From NCBI GenBank assembly GCA_964430885.1, contig CAYSHM010000032.1, positions 1 through 27,870 of the forward strand: a stretch of DNA of 27,870 bases, written 5' to 3'. Within the stretch, counting starts at the first letter, position 1. Each line of letters begins with the position of its first letter. Below are positions 27,320 to 27,870 of this stretch, piece by piece. The notes under the pieces are model-generated. The model saw only the letters and a list, made by a program, of their open reading frames with translations. It was not told where the DNA came from and searched no databases. Source of the stretch: an uncultured archaeon (GTDB lineage: Archaea > Thermoplasmatota > Penumbrarchaeia > JASLWR01). A program made the translations under genes and the position numbers.

Positions 27320-27541
27320 TTACCGTTCAGCGGATATTCTGATTCCGCCGTCCTTATAGTGAATGTAAATGTTATCCCTGACCTTGCTGGAAAGATTGGA
27401 CAAGGACTCATAGACTGTTAGTTCATCAAGGCCGAGAGCCTCTGCAGCTTTGGCAGTTGACCATTTAATGTTCTCAAAATCGTTTTCAGCAATATAGTTG
27501 AATAATTGATTCTCCACATCGGTAAGTTCTTCAAAACCCAT
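27320..27541 (-). CDS. Small winged helix-turn-helix-like protein
   Basis: 73 aa, SD AAGGTG. Pattern LTDVENQLFNYI..STAKAAEALGLDELTVYESLSNL followed by a beta hairpin (IYIHYKDGGIRISAE). Confidence 0.7.
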   Translation of the reverse strand: MGFEELTDVENQLFNYIAENDFENIKWSTAKAAEALGLDELTVYESLSNLSSKVRDNIYIHYKDGGIRISAER

Positions 27542-27817
27542 ATATTACACCTTGATGACCGGGATTAATATTCCTTTTTTTAATCAAATAACTAGGTCTC
27601 TAACGATATTTATTAATTTTCTACAAATTAATTTTCTGATAAAGAAAAGCCTCTGTAAAAACTGTAAAAAGATAGTGTTCAGAATGAAGTCTGAGCTATA
27701 CCATGATGGGAATGATAAAATATAATGTCCATTTCTCTTCTTCAAAACTCTTATTAATAACCAATAATATCCCCTATGGAAAATTTCCAGCGGGTTTAAC
27801 TTATCAGAAATAATATT

Positions 27818-27870
27818 GGCTCCTCGTAAGAATTTGTGCAAGTTCTTGATTATTTTTCAATCGATATAAC
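27818..27870 (+). mobile_element. Left end (IRL) of a probable ISL3-family insertion sequence
   Basis: GGCTCCTC-GTAAG-AATTTGTGCA...TTTCAATC is an imperfect inverted copy of positions 9-52. The 8-bp flank ATAATATT is AT-rich. No transposase is visible within the window. Confidence 0.6.

Noticed and set aside
27584-27841. 85-aa minus-strand ORF
   Set aside because: Its TTG start lies inside the IS inverted repeat and it has low-complexity AT-driven composition, so it is probably non-coding.
1-27870. Linear replicon with terminal inverted repeats, or a circular element
   Set aside because: The end repeats are short, imperfect and IS-like, the flanking 8-mers differ, and the content is chromosomal with no replication genes.

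Overview
This is a moderately AT-rich archaeal chromosomal segment, most consistent with Thermoplasmatota (PAN ATPase, tungsten AOR, PGF-CTERM protein, AGGTG/GAGG Shine-Dalgarno sites, large single-pass surface proteins); the taxonomy is inferred. About 17 real CDSs, dominated by cell-surface and membrane proteins and by protein and glycan processing: TPR-like protein, DUF3068/PorA-like protein, propeller-PKD-TM-RING-J protein, AOR, transglutaminase/PNGase-like surface protein, polyprenyl-phosphate phosphoribosyltransferase, alpha/alpha-toroid protein, NosD beta-helix protein, GT-C glycosyltransferase, PGF-CTERM protein, Nudix hydrolase, clostripain, PAN and small ORFs. Both window ends carry matching imperfect terminal inverted repeats of a probable ISL3-family IS. 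The main leads are (1) an orphan phage tail-assembly-chaperone-like gene pair joined by a candidate +1 frameshift site (TTT CGC TAA) with no other phage genes nearby, (2) a receptor-like surface protein whose cytoplasmic tail has a C4HC3 RING-like finger and an intact HPD J-domain, and (3) an extracellular catalytic core resembling eukaryotic Png1/NGLY1 peptide:N-glycanase. All family calls come from reading motifs by eye; no searches were run.
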